From: Phoronis australis
Taxonomy: Eukaryota; Animalia; Phoronida
DNA: 40,430 nt
NCBI GenBank assembly: GCA_002633005.1
Contig: NMRA01000462.1
Location: forward strand, 1 to 40,430
Direction of reading: 5' to 3'
The notes under the pieces were generated by a model. The model saw only the letters and a program-made list of their open reading frames with translations. It had not been told where the DNA came from and did not search any database. Made by a program: the position numbers and the translations under genes. Of the stretch, positions 36,147 through 40,430 are shown piece by piece (the stretch's first letter is position 1; each line of letters opens with the position of its first letter).

Positions 36147-37746
36147 TTTTTATGCGCCCACATATTTATATGTGGTCGCATATTGCCGTCATCTCTGTCT
36201 GGGCGTCTGGTGTCTGCAGCTGTATCTCCTAAACCCCTCACAGGATCTTGGTGAGATTTGGCAGATGTGTTCCTATGAAGCTAACAACAAACAACGACGA
36301 ATTTGAGACCTCTCCGACTACCAGTGTGCCCCTTAGTGGCAATTTTATTTTTTTACGCTTACCTCTGTATCTTCTGATGTCCTCAACGGATTTTCATAAA
36401 ATTTGGAAGTTAGGCATTTATTAGTGAGATGATGCCATCCTCTCGTTTTCAGACCGATTGAAGGTACTTTGCGCCACCTAGTGGCCATTTTTACTGTTTG
36501 CGTCCGCTGTTCTATCAACCAAAGCACTCTAGGAATGATTTTGAAAATTAGCATATATGTTCTTACTGTGAAGAGGGCGATTGAGGATGATTTTCCGACA
36601 ACATTGACAACTATGGCGCCTCCTAGTGGCATTTTTGTTTGTTTTTGCACCTATGGCTGTATCTCCTAAACCTTTCACAGGATCTTAATGAGATTTGGCA
36701 GATGTATTCCCATGAAGGTGGCAACAGATGACAACGAATTTCGGTCCTCTCCGACTACTGGTGTGCACCCTAGTGGCAATTTTAATTTTTTTACACTTAC
36801 CTCTGTAGATTTGGAGGTCCTCAACAGATTTTCATGAAATTTGGCATTTAGACATCTATTACTGAGATGATGCTATCCTTCCATTTTCGGACAGATTCGG
36901 GGTACTTTGCGCCACCTAGTGGCCATTTTTACTATTTTCGAGTCTGTTTTTTGGCGTCCGCCGTTCTATCAACCAAACCGCTCTAGGTATGATTTTGAAA
37001 ATTGGCATATATGTTCTTACTGTGAAGTGGGCGGCTGACAATGATTTTCCTATGATTTGGAATACTATGGCACCTCCTAGTGGCAGTTTTGTTTGTTTTT
37101 GTGCCCATGGCTGTATCTCCTAAATGCTCTACAGGATCTTTATTGAATTTTGCTGGTGTATTTATATGAAGTTGACTTTCGGATGGATCGGGCTACCGGT
37201 GTGACCCCTAGTGGCAATTTTAGTTTTTTACGTTTACCTCTGTATCTTAAAGGATCGTCAATGGATTTTCATAAAATTTGGCAGTTAGGCATCTATTAGT
37301 GGGGTGACGCTATCGTCCAGTTTTCGGTAAATTCGAGGCATTTTGCGCTACCTTGTGGCCATTTTTACTGTTTTGCCTTTCTGTCAACCAAACCACTCTA
37401 AGGATGGTTGTGGAAATTGGCATTTATGTTCCTAATGGGAAGAGGAAGTCTGACGATGATTTTCCGACGACTTTATCTACTTTTTTGGCAGTCATGTTTT
37501 TTTGCACTTATAGCCTCTTAGTGACAATTTCATTTTTTCATTTTCCTCTGTTTTCTCAGAAGTTCCTTGACAGATTTTTATGAAATTTGGTAAATAACTT
37601 TGATGACAAATACAAGTTCTCGGATGGATTCCACATATTTTGTGCCATCTGGTTGCAAATTTTTATGTTTCAAATAAACACCCCTTGAAGCACAACGTTA
37701 GCGGTGTATTCGTGGGCGCATTTCAACGCTCCGCATTGCTCTTGTT
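36147..37746 (+). mobile_element. Complete Helentron-associated interspersed element (HINE/DINE-1-like) with a central tandem array
   Basis: T-run, subTIR ATGCGCCCAC (36152) pairing with nearby GTGGTCGCAT and with 3' GTGGGCGCAT (37712); short GTCT repeats; ~3 units of 437-454 bp (CTGTATCTCCTAAA near 36220, 36657, 37111); 3' hairpin followed by CTTGTT. Confidence 0.85.
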
Positions 37747-39689
37747 TAAATGAAAACTTCACCAGTTACCTCAAAATGCTGATAGAAATTTTGGTTTATA
37801 TGACAAATTAACTCACAAAACATAAGGTATTTATGTAAAAATGGATGCCATATTCGTCTTTGTTACAAAAACTAGGCATTTATATCAAAATCCTAACAGC
37901 GTTTTTGAGATTGATGAATAAATATTAAGTTTGAAAAGTTTTAGCGATATCCACTGGGCTGTTTTCGAGAACTCGAGTTCCTAAAGTGGTGGATTTGCTG
38001 AAGCCTAGAAAAAGCTGATTAAGCTGTGAGATATGAAAATCTCAAGGTCTTCAGTTAATTGTGCGGTGAAAACTTGTTTTCGGTCAATATAACCTATACA
38101 TGCCTTAACGATGTTCGCTATTTCAACAGTCACTCGCAATGTCGACTGAATTTGCAGTGCGCGATTTACTTAATTATCACCACAGATTTTAATTTTGTAC
38201 GTGGTGTTTCGTGTTCCTCGTGTTACCTAGGTCAGAAGGCAGAGTCAACAATAAGTTGGACAACAGTTCATTGTATGCACACCATGCGTCGGGGAGAATG
38301 ATATTAAGAAACCAAGTAGGAAATGGACAATAGAAATCAAGTCAGGGATTAAAGCGTGCCATGAGCATGATATCAAAACAGCAAAATGTCAAACTACCGA
38401 TCAAATTAATGAATTTCGGGGAAGATTTATCTTTTTTAACAACTTGTTGTGTTAGTGAACACTAAGTCACAGAGACGGTTCAGCCACTTGGACTCCGTGC
38501 ATTTGTTCTCAACTGTCGTGTGCATGCAGACGCACAACTCCCTCAGGATGAAACAAGGTTTCATCTTTGTTTTCTGCAGCATCTTTCTGTGCTATCTACA
38601 CCTCGTTCACTCATTATTATGTCGACTCAGTGAATGAAAGGACTGAGGGTACATACGATATTGTTCTATGCCTGGCACTGGAAGATTCGCTTTGAGTGAC
38701 AACCCGGTAACCATTTAAATAGTAAACAAATTTCCATGCTGTTGTGCGGTTCCAAGGTATTTCTGCTAAATCTTTTTGTTTCTCGCTACACGGTACATAT
38801 TTTGTATTTGAAGTTCAACGAGAATGAATATAAAGTATGTTGCTAGACATGAAATATTTTAAAAACGGAAATTTTTATGAGTAAGATTTGAGATATCTTC
38901 AAGGGCAAAAAATTCATGATTGTATGCAGTGCGTCTTGATTTTCAACACCACATGCTTCAAATGAGTCACAGGTTATATTTGAACTCCGACTGAAATGCC
39001 AATGCTACCTTAACAAGGACTTTTTAAGTTTAGTTTGGTTTAAAGCTTAGTTAGCATAATTTTGTTTTCTTTTTTGACGGTAAGTGGAAAGGCAAAGACA
39101 ATCGCATCAGCTGAAAGATATTCACCCTCACATGAGAGTTAGAATAATAGTTGACTGTACAGTACTCGTGACCCAAATTATTGGAAGCTTTTTTCAATAC
39201 TCCTTAAAATATTTCTAACCACCAAAGTATTTACTTTTAGGCATGAATTACTGATATTTTCCTAAAATTTTAGAATCTTTTTGACAATTTTCATTCGTCC
39301 ACTTATGCTGTCATCTCTGTCTGGGTTTGCGACATGTGCTACTACATCTTAAAGGCGAAGGCAACCTTTTTCCATGTCACTTTGATCTAAAATAAGGTTG
39401 GTTGGTTATCCTAGACATATTTTCCACTTAATTACAGCTATTTGTAATTTAATTATAAATTACTCGTCCGCTACTCCGGAAGTGACGTTTTAGGACGCAA
39501 GCGTTTCCCGCCACTTGGTTCTGCGTTGACTTTACCGTGCGAATCTGTTCTATTCTACTTTTGTTTTGTGCTGTTTTTCATCAATTGTCGCCACCACTTT
39601 CCATCGGCGAGTATTCTGCGGCAAGATAGGTTAGTAGAGAACTCAACTACGTAGGATTTAGGGATTGTTTAGTGTGTTATAAGCTGAAA

Positions 39690-39992
39690 ATGGCTGGAGT
39701 CGGTGACCCGTATCGCAGTGACAGTAGAGTGAGTGACGGAGACCTTGTTCACAGCAGTGGTGACGAGGAATTTTTTCACGGACATTCAGTGGGTGGGTAC
39801 ATGTTTGAGCCTGAGTTTAACGAGGCAGAGTACGCACAGGCATAGGCAGGTGTTGAGAGAAACGAGGTGGCTACTGAGGACAGACGTGGTGACACATCTT
39901 AGTGCAAATGCACTGTGTGCGTTGTCATGCCTACTTCAATGGCATGCTTGTGCTGTTTAGAGTTCGACGAGGCCAAGCCACTACTGGACATG
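39690..39992 (+). pseudogene. KolX / P2X7 ballast-domain-like (nanor-like) Cys-rich protein, 2 in-frame stops, truncated
   Basis: MAGVGDPY...GGYMFEPEFNEAE...RRGDTS*CKCTVCVVMPTSMACLCCLE matches WCxCxxCxxMxTxxExxCCxE. This frame is absent from the ORF track. Confidence 0.8.
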
Positions 39993-40430
39993 GTTAAGTG
40001 GACCTCCGGCATACCACGGGCAGAAGAACAACTGTCCCACTTGCCAGAGTGTCCCGCGACACACTCCCACTGGATGGTGACCTGAGCACCCAAACTGCTT
40101 ACATCGTGTCGTGTGACTCCCTCGCCACACACCTGGCACCTTCTAAATAGCTCCAACACTTTAGACGAGTCCACAATAAACCTATCAAAGTTTGGCTCAC
40201 CTATCTGTTCACTGAACGACGAACTGTCCTCTTCACTGGGTGTCGAACTGAGCCTGTAATCACTCCCACTACTCAATATGGCTGCAGGGCTGCTTAGAGG
40301 CTCTGGGCTGGAGAAAACAGCACAGGGTGAATCACTACTGGTTCCAGGAATTGCACGCTCTGGGGTACGTTCGGAGGCACGGGTGACAGTAGATGAAGTG
40401 CCTCCACTGGCTCCAGTCACTGTACTGGCC
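39993..40430 (-). pseudogene. Kolobok-type transposase fragment (Ser-rich linker plus Cys/His zinc motif)
   Basis: FIVDSSKVLELFRRCQVCG...GAQVTIQWECVAGHSGKWDSCSSARGMPEVHL; breaks off before any DDE core. Confidence 0.7.

Larger units (their letters stand above)
39353..40430. mobile_element. Internally deleted Kolobok-like transposon; runs off the window
   Basis: TTAA|AGGCGAAGGCAACC start; convergent KolX-like (+) and transposase (-) fragments joined near 39992. Confidence 0.75.

Overview
Animal (probably marine invertebrate) genomic DNA from a gapped draft assembly, with an N-run at 3104-3430 and single Ns at 7022, 10958 and 14609. It is AT-rich and dominated by transposable-element relics, and most ORFs in the supplied track look spurious. 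Supported content: (1) a decayed, 3'-truncated Ty3/Gypsy LTR retrotransposon at ~4299-8165; (2) two Kolobok-like DNA transposon derivatives starting at TTAA|AG (2430-, 39353-), each with a P2X7-ballast/nanor-like gene start facing a transposase gene start; (3) a family of hAT-like non-autonomous elements with CAGTGTTCTCC termini and 5-6 bp target duplications; (4) two Helentron-associated (HINE-like) elements carrying a ~440-bp tandem repeat; (5) a ~1.07-kb inverted repeat pair at 9891-10957 and 27076-28330; (6) several MITEs and a LINE RT fragment; (7) one candidate host coding exon at 35326-35498. No intact recognisable host gene, RNA gene or CRISPR array was seen. All family calls come from motif recognition by eye, not from database searches.
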